DNA of 64,000 bases from Octopus vulgaris (taxonomy: Eukaryota), in NCBI GenBank assembly GCA_951406725.2, contig OX597826.1, positions 31,868,001 to 31,932,000 on the forward strand. Direction: 5' to 3'. Below the pieces are notes generated by a model, which saw only the letters and a list, made by a program, of their open reading frames with translations, ran no database searches and was not told where the DNA came from. Each line of letters opens with the position of its first letter. The stretch's first letter is position 1. Below, one piece after another: positions 51,438 through 64,000 of this stretch. The position numbers and the translations under genes were made by a program.

Positions 51438-54400
51438 ACACACATGCATTATTGACACCTACGCAAATATTTAAAACAATACATTCAAGAGATATCTCAA
51501 GAATTCAATCACTACTACCATCCACAATAAGTCACTTTCAGGACACTTGACCATTTAGCATCCTACTACCATCATACCGCTCTCGCATTCTTCTTCTTCT
51601 TCTTCTTCTTCTTCTTCTTCTTCTTCTTCTTCTTCTTCTTCTTCTTCTTCTTCTTCTTCTTCTTCTTCTTCTTCTTCTTCTTCTTTTTCTTCTTCTTCTT
51701 CTTCTTCTTTTTCTTTTTCTTCTTCTTCTTCTTCTTCTTCTTCTTCTTCTTCTTCTTCTCCTTCTTCTTCTTCTGGCATAAATGTTAGCACGCTGAGCGA
51801 AATGCTTAGAGGTATTTTGCCTGCCGTTACGTTCTGAGTTCAAATTCCGCCGAGGTCGACTTTGCCTTTCATCCTTTCGGGGTAGATTAAATAAGTACCA
51901 GTTACGCACTGGGGTCGATGTAATCGACTTAATCCATTTGTCTGTCCTTGTTTGTTCTCTGTGTGTTTAGCCCCTTGTGAGTAGTAAAGAAATAGGTATT
52001 TCATCTGTCTTTATGTTCTGAGTTCAAATTCCGCCGAAGTCGACTTTGCCTTTCATCCTTTCGAGATGAAGCAAGTACCAGTTACGCACTGGGCTCGATA
52101 TAATCGACTTAATCCGTTTGTCTGTCCTTGTTTGTCCCCTCTGTGTGTAGCCCCTTGTGGGTAGTAAAGAAATGAGAAATGAAGCTTACGATAACGTAGT
52201 CCAAGACACTCAAATTAAATCTGTATAGCATTGTGAAATTCCCAGCTGTCTTTGTAACTGGTTTGTCTGCTTTGTCACTCATGGTAGTGCAAGATAGATT
52301 CTTTGAAATTATAAAAAGCAAAGAATGTACTCTTATGGGGTCGACTTTGCTTTCATCCTTTCGAAGTCGATAAATTAACTACCAGTTGTGTACTTCGGTC
52401 GATCAAATCGACTGGTCCCCTCCCCCCAAATTTCGGGCCTTGTCCCTAGAGTAGATAAGAATATTTCTTCTTTCCTTCAGATTATGCTCGACACGAAACA
52501 TTTTTGTTTTATTGTGTATGTATGTGTGTGTGTGTGTGTGCGAGTGAATGTGCGACTGAGTTTGTGTGTGCTTCTTATGTAATGCGTGGTTGTATAGTTT
52601 GTGTTATATATTAATGGTGTAGCATATCGAATATAATATGTGCCAATTGTTGAGGTTTTATCACCGTGTATTAATTACATATGTCAATTGCTGCGTTTCG
52701 TTGTAGCGATTCGAATGGAATGTCATAGGACTTCAGGGTTTTTCTTGCTTTCATACATTTCATTGCATTCCTGAACTTGAGTATTGGGGTGTCAAATTTA
52801 TGATGGGAAGGGAGAGTATGGTGGAACCTTGGTTTCTTACGGATGGTAATTTTCATACACGAGATGACCAGACGGTGATCAGTCCAACAGTCTTCAAAAA
52901 CTCTTTACCCTATTTCTAAAGATGTGAGAAGCACGGTAGGTTCCAAATGAACTCAAAGACTCCGTCAACACCATTAGTTTCAAGAGAGGAGATAGAAAAT
53001 CCTGCGGAAACTTTTGTGGAATCTCATTATTTTGCTATTGTAGGAACGAGTTGTGCTCGAATACACTTTAACCGTCTTCAGATCATTGCGGAATGAGGTC
53101 TTACAGAATCCTGATGTGGTTTTCGAGCATCCTGTTGAACCACAGACAAGATCTTCTGTGCTAGGTAAATCGAAGAGAAGCACTGAGAACAACAACAAAA
53201 CCCCCTTTTCCTTGTGCTTATGATCTGGAAAAGGCTTTTGACAGTGTGCCGAGTCCAACCATGTGGATGGTGTTTGATAATTTCGGATGTCCTGATCATC
53301 TCGTCGCCCTTACCCAAGTCCTGCATGATGACATATCTGAACATTTTTTTTCATCTTGATCGACTCTCATAAGAATCCCAATTCCATATGGATTGGAACA
53401 ACGTTGTGTTCTCGCTCCTACGCTTCTCCCTGTACCTTGCTGCAATGATCCATGAACTTCTCACAGATCAACCAGGAAGAGATATTAGATGCAGTTGCTG
53501 AGTGGTATCAACGAGATTAGAAAAGGCCTTTCGGAAGGCAGAGCGGATGTGCCAATTACATCGTCCTCGGTGTTCAACTGTTACCTAATTTATCGATCTT
53601 AAAAGGAAGAAAGGCAAAGTCGACCTCGGTGGAATGTGAACTCAGAACATAGCAGCAGACGAAATACTCCCAAGCACTTCCCCCGGCGTGCTAACGATTC
53701 TGCCAGCTCACCGTCTTATATGGGTATATAATGTTTATAATGTTTCAATTTTCAGTTTTTTTGACATCAACAACGTTTTGGAGTCGTGTCTACAGAGTCT
53801 AGCAAATCCGTGCCCAAATATATTGGAAAAACCGTTGAATCAAAAGAAGCAACTATACTCGTGGTGCAAAAGACACGAACGTTCCTAGTTAGATGGGATT
53901 CTGACTGAATTCCAGATTAAGTACGTATCAATCTAAATTGATTCTAATACATTTGGGAAATAAATTTCCATTGGAAACTCTTCTTATACTTGTTGGAATA
54001 CAATGTAACAACTTAAAATGACTGATATTAATCAGATAAATAGCCTCATAATCTATGTATAACTACAATAGTATTTGATAATTTGTCTTATTGATATACT
54101 TTTATTGTATAGTGCTATTATTGGTAAAAAGAATTACAAATTTGACGAGAAATTCTAGAAAAGCTGTGGTTTTAATATGGCTGAAAATGAAGAATTTCAA
54201 CTGAAATCAGTAAAACAGAAATCTACACGTAAATATTTTTATTCCTTAAATGGATTAAATACAATGTTTTTTTTTTTCGAATTAATAATTACAAAAGTTC
54301 ATTTACTTCTTAGAGTTTGTCGTTAAATGACGTTTTGAAATGTCTTATGATTTGAAGCAATTTTATATTTGGATTGTTTATGATTAAATTATTCCATTTA

Positions 54401-55779
54401 GGAAATGGAATACTTCATAACAAAACTTAATAAACGAATAAACGTAAGAACTCAATATATGTTTTAGATGTCAACACATGAGTCCAGGCTATAAACCTTA
54501 GTATTATGTATATTTTTAATCCCGCTCTTTACATTGATAGTAGAGCACAAGAAACACTAGGTTGCAGTTGAACACATATTTCTATCAGTAAATCTCTACT
54601 ACATTTACCATGGTGTGTCACACCTGGTGCTCACGCATTCAGTTATAAGGCAACTCTTGTGATTAAGGCTATAGAACTAAATATAATCTCCAGGTATTTG
54701 TTGGTCCCAGTTTACTTTAGAAAAATAAAATACTTTTTACTTATGAAAACCTTATGTTTGTGATCAACTATATAACGAATTCCTTCATTCAAATGAATAT
54801 TCAAAATTCATTTGTGAGCGTGATATTGTTGATGTCATAGATACCAAGAAGCGCATTGGTGTATTAGGACATCAGCTACAACGTTTGTGTTTAGTGTTTT
54901 AATATAAAGTATATACTAATCATTATCCAGATGATATCTACAAATGTACATTATCTCTTGTTACTTGCCATCGTAAATTGTATTTTCAACTGAAGTAATC
55001 CGTTACTAATACGATATTTGCAAGATACATGGATGTTCAACATTCATGGGACTGTACCACAAATATAACATCAAGTTAATGGGATTATCTAAAGGTCATT
55101 ATTTTCCATATAAGTGTTTTAATTTGCTACTTTGTAAGACTAATTCAATAATGTCTCACGTGATTTTTGTCGCGTCTAAAGTAAATTCAGTGCAATATTA
55201 CTATTGAAAAACAAATAAGTATTATTATATAGTTTCGTTTCGTACACTTAAATTAATTATTTAGTTTTATATAGAATGATAGTATTCACTTTACAATGAA
55301 CTCATGTTTTTTCATTTTTTTAAAATTTCAGATATATCAAACAAAGATATTGCACATCTCATAATACAATGCGGAACTTTCGGCCCTTTTCAGCGCTGGC
55401 TCTACGGTTATGTTTTAACTTTATGTATTGTCTGAGCAATGCAGTTAATGAACTTGCCATTTCTCAGTGCAAGCGTTCCTTTTTTATGCTACCCTCCGAA
55501 ATTTAATGCTTCGTTGATTCCTGCAAATCTTACAGAGAATGAATATTTACAAATGCTTCAACCAGACGGCGGCGATCAATGTTCTGTATATAACAATAGT
55601 TTCACTGGGACCTTTTATGCAACACCACCAAGTAATTCATCTAAACTACAGTGTTCTTATGGACGGAAATTTCTGACAGATGCGTTTTCTACAATTGAAA
55701 GCGAGGTGAGTGGATGAGTCTCTTAATAGCTATAAAATTATATGAATACATACACACATGGACACCTGGTGTTAGATAT

Positions 55780-55862
<83 letters not shown>

Positions 55863-56032
55863 AAATATTAGGGAATAAATCCAAATTTACAGGGAAAAAA
55901 ATCAGATTTAGGAATAAATCCAATTTTATAGTAAAATATTATATAATATTAATTCGAGACAAAACCACTATTTTGCAAATCAAACAAGGAAAGACTTAAT
56001 CAATACATAAAAATTTTTAATATAAAGTAAAT

Positions 56033-56086
56033 AAATCGCCACTACAATTGTTTCATGTCTTCAAATGACATTCGTCAGGTGGATTT
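56033..56086 (-). ncRNA. Type I hammerhead ribozyme in PLE pLTR
   Basis: Minus strand reads CCAC-CUGACGA-AUGUC(AUUUGAA)GACAU-GAAAC-AAUU-GUA^GUGG: full core, stems I and II, palindromic stem III. Confidence 0.85.
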
Positions 56087-57811
56087 CCGATCTAAAAATA
56101 TCAATATTTGAAAATATAAGTTTAAAATAATATAAATTTATCAATGAGAAAATATAAATATATATAATCTATATATAATCTATATATAATCTATATATAA
56201 TCAACATATAATCTAAAATAGACCCTATAAACAATTGAATATAAAGAAACCTATTATTAAAGTTCTCATATTTAAAGATGTACAAAAAACAAAAAACAAA
56301 AAAACAAAAAACAAAAAATAAAAAACAAAAATAAAAATAAACTATATATACACACATACTCATACACATATATCTAAGTATAAATAACCATATCTAAATA
56401 CATACACTAACTCACACACCTATATATATAACTCTATACATACACACAAAAACATCTAGGGAACGATAAATTAAAAAAATAGCCAAATACTTCAACACAT
56501 TACTTATTCATACTCCCTCACACACACACACACATACAACCCACAGTTCTCATAGTTAAAGATGTACAAAAAACAAAAAACAAAAAACAAAAAACAAAAA
56601 TAAAAATAAACTATATATACACACATACTCATACACATATATCTAAGTATAAATAACCATATCTAAATACATACACTAACTCACACACCTATATATATAA
56701 CTCTATACATACACACAAAAATATCTAGGCAACGATAAATTAAAAAAATAGCCAAATACTTCAACACATTACTTATTCATACTCCCTCACACACACATAC
56801 AACCCACATTCATAAACATATACATATACCCGCTCACACATACATATACATACTTACAGAACTCGATATATACACCAATATATTCACACCTACACCCATA
56901 CAGATAAATAAATTACACAAACAAACACACACACACACACACACACATTCACACATAAAAGACACACACATTCACACTCAAAAGAAAAACAAAAAATTCT
57001 TTGCGCGTAGTGAGCGAACGTTATTTAAAAATTATGAATGGAATATAATGGAATAATATTTTAATCAACGTAAATAGACAGAATTTACTCCAAAAATCAT
57101 TAATAAACCAACCATGATAAATAAAACCCTTATATACATATAATGATAAAACTCCCTTTACCATACACAATAATACCTATATAGCAATCCCCATAACCTA
57201 TACATTCACATACAAATACACACACGTAAAACACACACCCACAACATATACATATACCCACTCACACATACATATACATACGTACACAACTCGATATATA
57301 CAACAATATATTCACACCCACACCCATACAGATAAATAAATTACGCAAACAAATACACACACACATACATATGTACATATATACGTATATTGCAACAAAC
57401 AATACCCAAATAAAACTGCCATATCAACATACCAAATATAATACAAAGGGATTGTAAACATTCACACATACATACAAAACTCAATATATACACCACTAAA
57501 TACGCACATATCATCCATAAATAATATATATCCACATATATACATATAACATATACATAATAAAATAAATAAATAAATAATTAAATAAAATAAAATAAAT
57601 CTAATATAAATAAATAAAGTTGTAACTTACCAAACTCAATATTCCATAAACTGTTATATATAATATACATTAATAATAAATTAATGAAAACAAAGAAATA
57701 CCGATTAAAGACTAACTATAATTAAAGCCTAAACTACATAACTAAAAATATGGTACCCTAAACTAAAATTAATATTATACTAAAGTAACCTTTAATAGGG
57801 AGTTATTAATG

Positions 57812-58909
57812 TTATTTATCATGAAACTTATTATATAGGTAAAGTAACCTATGTCTGCATTTTATTTTGCGCTCTTCACCTGTATTAAGTAAATTATCAT
57901 ACTTATAAAATAAAATTTCTTTAAACTCATTAGAGCATAAATAACAACAATTCGCTCCTATAGTATATGATTTAGTTTTACAAATTATTTCCCAAATTAA
58001 ACTATAATTAATATTTTGTGATTTAAGTCTCCAAATGTACTTACTAGGTCCAGTGGAGTTGATTAAGTTTTTATTTTTAAAAGAATTCAGATGTTGTGCG
58101 ATTCTTAATTTTATTTTAGAGGAAGTAGACCCTATATAAACCGCTTTTGGGTAATTATTATTCTTAAAGTTATTATCATGTAATGTAACTATACATTTAT
58201 ACACTACATCGTTAAAATCACATTTATTATTTAAATTACATTTAGATTTATCTCTACAAGTACAATTAATATATGTCTTATCTTTATTATTATTATTATC
58301 AAATAATTTATTTTTATAAAAATTATTCAATTTAAATTTATTAAATGAAGAAATAATGTTACCTACATTATTAGTAGTGGAATAACCTACTCCAAAATTA
58401 TTACTTGAGAAAATGTTTTTATATTTACGATTATCTCTAATAAATAGTTCTATAATATCTAAAATCTCTTTGATAATATTCGTTTTTACTTGATCACCAT
58501 AAGGAACTATTAACCAAATTTTATTCTTATTAACCTTATCATTATAATTGTCATTATTATAATTATTATATTTATAATTCTTTATCTTATTAAAATTATT
58601 AACAGAATTATATCTATGTACAGCATTTAAGGAATTATTAATATTATTAATTTTATCAATATTATTATTATTATTATTATTAATTTTATTTTTATTATTC
58701 TTATTTTTATTTTTATTATTTTTATTTTTATAATTTCTAATATTTTTACCACTAATACTAACAAAATTATAATTATTATTATTATAATTATCTCGAAAAT
58801 TATTACTTATATCTTTATCTTTAATATTATAAAATTTAATATTCCTATTATAACCTGCCCCTCTAAGGGCCTCATTATAATAAGTAGCATGTTTATTATT
58901 TAGATATGG
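57812..58909 (-). CDS. PLE ORF C-terminal part: RT thumb end, Asn-rich linker and GIY-YIG endonuclease (no start; truncated at the inverted pLTR)
   Basis: Manual translation is stop-free from 58909 to 57812: YYNEALRGAGY...KIWLIVPYGDQVKTNI...GVGYS...CTCRDKSKC...VVYKC...VYIGST...R..QH...KYIW.LK...CYLCSNE...LLN. Confidence 0.85.
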   Translation of the reverse strand, partial: PYLNNKHATYYNEALRGAGYNRNIKFYNIKDKDISNNFRDNYNNNNYNFVSISGKNIRNYKNKNNKNKNKNNKNKINNNNNNNIDKINNINNSLNAVHRYNSVNNFNKIKNYKYNNYNNDNYNDKVNKNKIWLIVPYGDQVKTNIIKEILDIIELFIRDNRKYKNIFSSNNFGVGYSTTNNVGNIISSFNKFKLNNFYKNKLFDNNNNKDKTYINCTCRDKSKCNLNNKCDFNDVVYKCIVTLHDNNFKNNNYPKAVYIGSTSSKIKLRIAQHLNSFKNKNLINSTGPSKYIWRLKSQNINYSLIWEIICKTKSYTIGANCCYLCSNEFKEILFYKYDNLLNTGEERKIKCRHRLLYLYNKFHDK

Positions 58910-59430
58910 CTATTTATACTTAGATATATGTGTATGAGTATGTGTGTATATATAGTTTATTTTTATTTTTGTTTTTTGTTTTTTGTACATCTTTAAATAT
59001 GAGAACTGTGGGTTGTATGTGTGTGTGTGTGAGGGAGTATGAATAAGTAATGTGTTGAAGTATTTGGCTATTTTTTTAATTTATCGTTGCCTAGATATTT
59101 TTGTGTGTATGTATAGAGTTATATATATAGGTGTGTGAGTTAGTGTATGTATTTAGATATGGTTATTTATACTTAGATATATGTGTATGAGTATGTGTGT
59201 ATATATAGTTTATTTTTATTTTTGTTTTTTGTTTTTTGTTTTTTGTACATCTTTAAATATGAGAACTTTAATAATAGGTTTCTTTATATTCAATTGTTTA
59301 TAGGGTTTATTTTAGATTATATGTTGATTATATATAGATTATATATAGATTATATATATTTATATTTTTTCATTGATAAATTTATATTATTTTAAACTTA
59401 TATTTTCAAATATTGATATTTTTAGATCGG

Positions 59431-59484
59431 AAATCGACCTGACGAATGTCATTTGAAGACATGAAACAATTGTAGTGGCGATTT
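59431..59484 (+). ncRNA. Type I hammerhead ribozyme in inverted pLTR (one stem I mismatch)
   Basis: CGAC-CUGACGA-AUGUC(AUUUGAA)GACAU-GAAAC-AAUU-GUA^GUGG. Confidence 0.75.
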
Positions 59485-59564
59485 ATTTACTTTATATTAA
59501 AATTTTTTATGTATTGATTAAGTCTTTCCTTGTTTGATTTGCAAAATAGTGGTTTTGTCTCGAA

Positions 59565-59608
<44 letters not shown>

Positions 59609-59687
59609 TATATATGTACATATGTATGTGTGGATATAGAAATATATATATGTATATTGTATGTGCGTTTATGTGTATGTCTCTCTT

Positions 59688-59740
<53 letters not shown>

Positions 59741-61232
59741 GTATGTATGTATGTATGCATGTATATATAACGTTTTTGTGTCGAGAATTATTGACAGGAG
59801 CAGGCAAAACAAACCAAAACAGGTAAAACGACACAGAGTGTGATTCAGAAGGTGGACAAAGACGAACAGTTTATTTCCTCACGTTGCTTTCTGTTGAAGA
59901 GCGTAGGCTCGAAATGTAAAAGACTTTCTCACCTTCCCGAGCGTTAAACTAATAAACGTGCTTAATGTTTACACACCTGTGTTCGTCTTTTGTTTTCCGG
60001 TAAATTTCAACTATATATATATATAGTAGATTAATAAAAAGAATGTTCTTGGTACAGTATAATATATTTGAAAAGAATGAGTGGAGGTGGCTTTTTGAGA
60101 GATAATCTTTATTCAACATTACCCTGTTAAATTGGAAAGAAAACAATGCTCCTAACTATACGCGTCAATATATTTAAAAAACGAGTAAAATTCTCAAACT
60201 TTTAATCCTATCAAATGTTATTTTCTTTCTTACAGTTTGACTTAGTATGTGAGAGAAAATGGTTAAAATCCACTTCGCAATCAGTATTTTTCTCTGGTTT
60301 TCTTGTTGGATCAATTATACATGGTATTTTATCTGACAGGTAAGAGATTAGAAACATATTACTATAAAATCGAGCGTGTTGTGTTTGAAATAAGGTGAAA
60401 TTTTCTCCATGCCTTTCTTAAGATGTAACTACTACTAAACTGTATTAAATGCAGTCGAAATAATCTCCAGTCAGTTTAAATTTGTAACTCATCCTCAGTT
60501 ATCACTGAATGAATAATGAGAATCACAACTTTATATTTCGTGGCACAGACAATTTCGTATTCCATTTCCATATAAGGAACAATTTTACTATCTGGATTGC
60601 ATTAAGACTCTCAATTTAAGGGATTATATTTTATTGAAGCATTTTAAAGAGGATGCTGGATGTTTTAAGACTTATGCAACAACTTTGATACGGAGATAAC
60701 AAAACACTGCTTAAACACAGAATTTCAGGAAAATGTACTCACTAACTCCTCCGTAATTTAAGTTACAATTGCGATATATTCATGTTCTCGTGGAAGAAAG
60801 TTTTCAGGAGATATTAAACAATGATATATAAAATAATGGAGCAGCTGTATTTAATATATATATATGACAAAATTTACTTGGAAAAGGATAGGTGGCGTTT
60901 ATATATATTGTAGGAATGAAAACGGAGAAAAATGGATGTATGAGTAATTTATTTTTGTATGATATAAAAATTTTGAAAAAAGTTTTTAATCATAACAATA
61001 CAAATAGATTATAAGTTGTAAAGCTCAAAAACTCTGAAAGAACTTACATATATGTTTCAGTACTTTCCCTTAGTTGAATGGGAATTCTAAGCATTTGGCT
61101 AAATGCTAAGAAAGGTATCATTTTCTAACTATACGGGGAGAACCTCTTCAGGATGCATCCTTCAAAAGAAGATGTCAATCCAAGTTCTATAAACTCATAA
61201 CAACCCTGAAGAGGTTCTGCCCCATATAGTTA

Positions 61233-61284
<52 letters not shown>

Positions 61285-61430
61285 CACAATTTTCTGCACA
61301 TGAACCCGGAGTTTCTACCCTTGGACAGGTGGCTTCAACCGTGTTTCTGACGTAAATTTGCTACCCTGGTATCGGTTTATCGAATTTTCCATGTTGACGG
61401 TAAACACAGGATAATTCATTCACTTATCGA

Positions 61431-61461
<31 letters not shown>

Positions 61462-61462
61462 T

Positions 61463-61535
<73 letters not shown>

Positions 61536-62107
61536 ATTAAGACTATTTTTGAACTCTTAAGCTGAAAATGATCCATCTATATTACAAAATTAGTTGATTA
61601 TATATGCTGTGGAATTTACTGCTGCATCAATTTACCAACAGCTGATACGCCAAGAGCAAGGCGGTGAGCTGGCAGAAACGTTAGCACGTTGGGTGAAATG
61701 CTTAGTGGCACTTCGTCTCTCATTACGTTCCAAGTTCAAATTCCGCCGAGGTTGACTTTACCTTTCATCCTTTCGGGATTGCTAAAATAAGTACCAATTG
61801 AGCAATGGGTCGATGTAATCGACTTAAATCCTTCCCCTTAAACTTCTAGCCACGTGCCAAAATTTGAAACCAATATTAAGAAATCTTTTTAATTTCTTAA
61901 ACAAATAATAATTATTTCATTTCTTTTTGAATATAGATTTGGTCGGAGACCCATTATATTATTGGCAAGTGTATGCCTAGTTATCTGTGGCGTTATCAAA
62001 ATCTTCATGCCATCTTTCAGCATTTTTCTCATTCTCCACTGGATTCAAGGTTTTGGATATATCGGTATTATGCTTATCGTATACGCATTGGGTAAGTTTA
62101 TCTCATA

Positions 62108-62156
<49 letters not shown>

Positions 62157-63383
62157 CCTGTTGCACCTGTACAGGTAATGTCGATTTGATGGAGGGAATT
62201 AGATTATGTCTACACAAACATTTGATCACTATAAACAAATAATCTGTGTGGTTGTTCGGCAAGAAATTGTCGAACCGTCTAACGATGGGAGAGTACATTG
62301 TTATATGTATATATATATATATAAACATTAGCTGACGTACCCAGTAATTCCCGGGAAAGCGGGGCTTATCTCTTGGTTCCGTTCTCATAATTGTTTCGCC
62401 AATCAAATAACAACAATACAAAGTATGTAGCCCTTAAAACGGCTTTTGTGCATTTACAGAAAATACCAAAACTGTCTTACACAGGATCTTGTTTTTAGGA
62501 ATTCTCAATAAGTTATGAATACTCAAATTGTGAAGTCAGTTATGTAATAACATGAAATTACTTATCCGATGGTTAGAATTAAAGTAAAGTAGCCCCGAAA
62601 AGTGCTTTAATGCGTTCCCAGATTATATAGAACATATGAGGAAATACTAGTAAGGCATGTATACTAAAATCTTGAAGCATGTTACGTAATAACAGGCTAA
62701 TCAGATATGAGATAATGACAATTCAAAGTAAATAATTCTGAAAAGGGCTTTTGTGCGTTCGCAGAGAATATTATTACCCTTAGTAGTGCTAGTGTTGGTA
62801 TATTCGTGAATATACCACTAACCGAAATAAGTGGATCTATTGTTTAGGAAAATACTATTTACTTGTTTAAGGGTTGTACTGGATAAATTGCGAAAATAAC
62901 TCAGTTATTTTCGCAATTTATCCAGACTCATCGCGGGGACCTACATCAAGTGCCTGGAGGAGGTAGTGCTGCACTGGGCCAAGAGGGTGGAACACAGTTA
63001 TGGCTGTCAGACAATTTTTGCAACAACATCTCCCCTAACATCTGGCCACCTAACTCCCCACACTGGAAATCCTTTGATTACTATGTGTGGAGTGCATTGA
63101 GTGAGAGACCAACAAAACTCCTTGTAACAGTAAATAGGAACTGAAGGCAATGAGACCCTCCAGAGAGTTGCAGGAGATTCCAAAGTTGTTTGGAGGCCGT
63201 GGTTGAGGCCAGTGGCGATTTTATTGAATAAATTTACTCTTTAGTATTTCAAAATATTTTTATGTAATTTTGGTAAATACATCTGTTAAAACGAGACGTC
63301 AGTGTTATTTTCATTTTTGCGTAATTTAGACGACAATTTATTCACCGTACACTGTATATACACATACATATATAAAAGTGTTG

Positions 63384-64000
<617 letters not shown>

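Larger units (their letters stand above)
55847..59572 (-). mobile_element. 5'-truncated Penelope-like retroelement (PLE) with inverted pLTR, inserted in (TA)n of B' intron 2
   Basis: Absent from copy 1. ~55940-56670 is the reverse complement of ~58897-59572. Contains a GIY-YIG ORF and a hammerhead motif in each repeat. Confidence 0.9.
54177..62091 (+). pseudogene. B': duplicate of gene B exons 1-4 (54177-54228, 55332-55705, 60236-60339, 61937-62091) with a nonsense codon
   Basis: TCA to TGA at 55433-55435 in TM1. The sequence folds back at ~63690, before exon 5 is reached. Confidence 0.87.

Noticed and set aside
57812-58330. Stand-alone homing endonuclease or horizontally acquired GIY-YIG gene
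   Set aside because: The frame extends upstream into an RT-thumb-like region and sits between inverted pLTRs with hammerheads, so it is a PLE fragment.

Overview
AT-rich, microsatellite-dense animal genomic DNA. The tRNA-derived OK/OR-type SINEs point to an octopus. The window is a + strand tandem cluster of SLC22 (organic cation/anion, MFS) transporter paralogs that is gaining and losing copies. Gene A (exons 2-9, 1..10537, 5' end off-window) is intact. Gene B (9 exons, 22610..36689) carries an 8-bp frameshifting deletion in exon 7. Orphan exon relics of two more paralogs lie at 12.3-16.3 kb. A ~30.8-kb tandem duplication (8125.. repeated from 38939..) gives a frameshifted A' (exons 8-9 only) and a nonsense-mutated B' (exons 1-4), and ends in a fold-back inversion at the window edge. 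The two copies differ by recent insertions: a Penelope-like retroelement with inverted pLTRs and hammerhead ribozymes, a Helitron, and a perfect 104-bp hairpin. Other stand-alone hammerhead motifs (one canonical, sense-strand and intronic), a hAT element with an 8-bp TSD, and mariner, RLE-LINE, RTE and PLE remnants are also present. All calls come from reading the sequence by eye; no searches were run.
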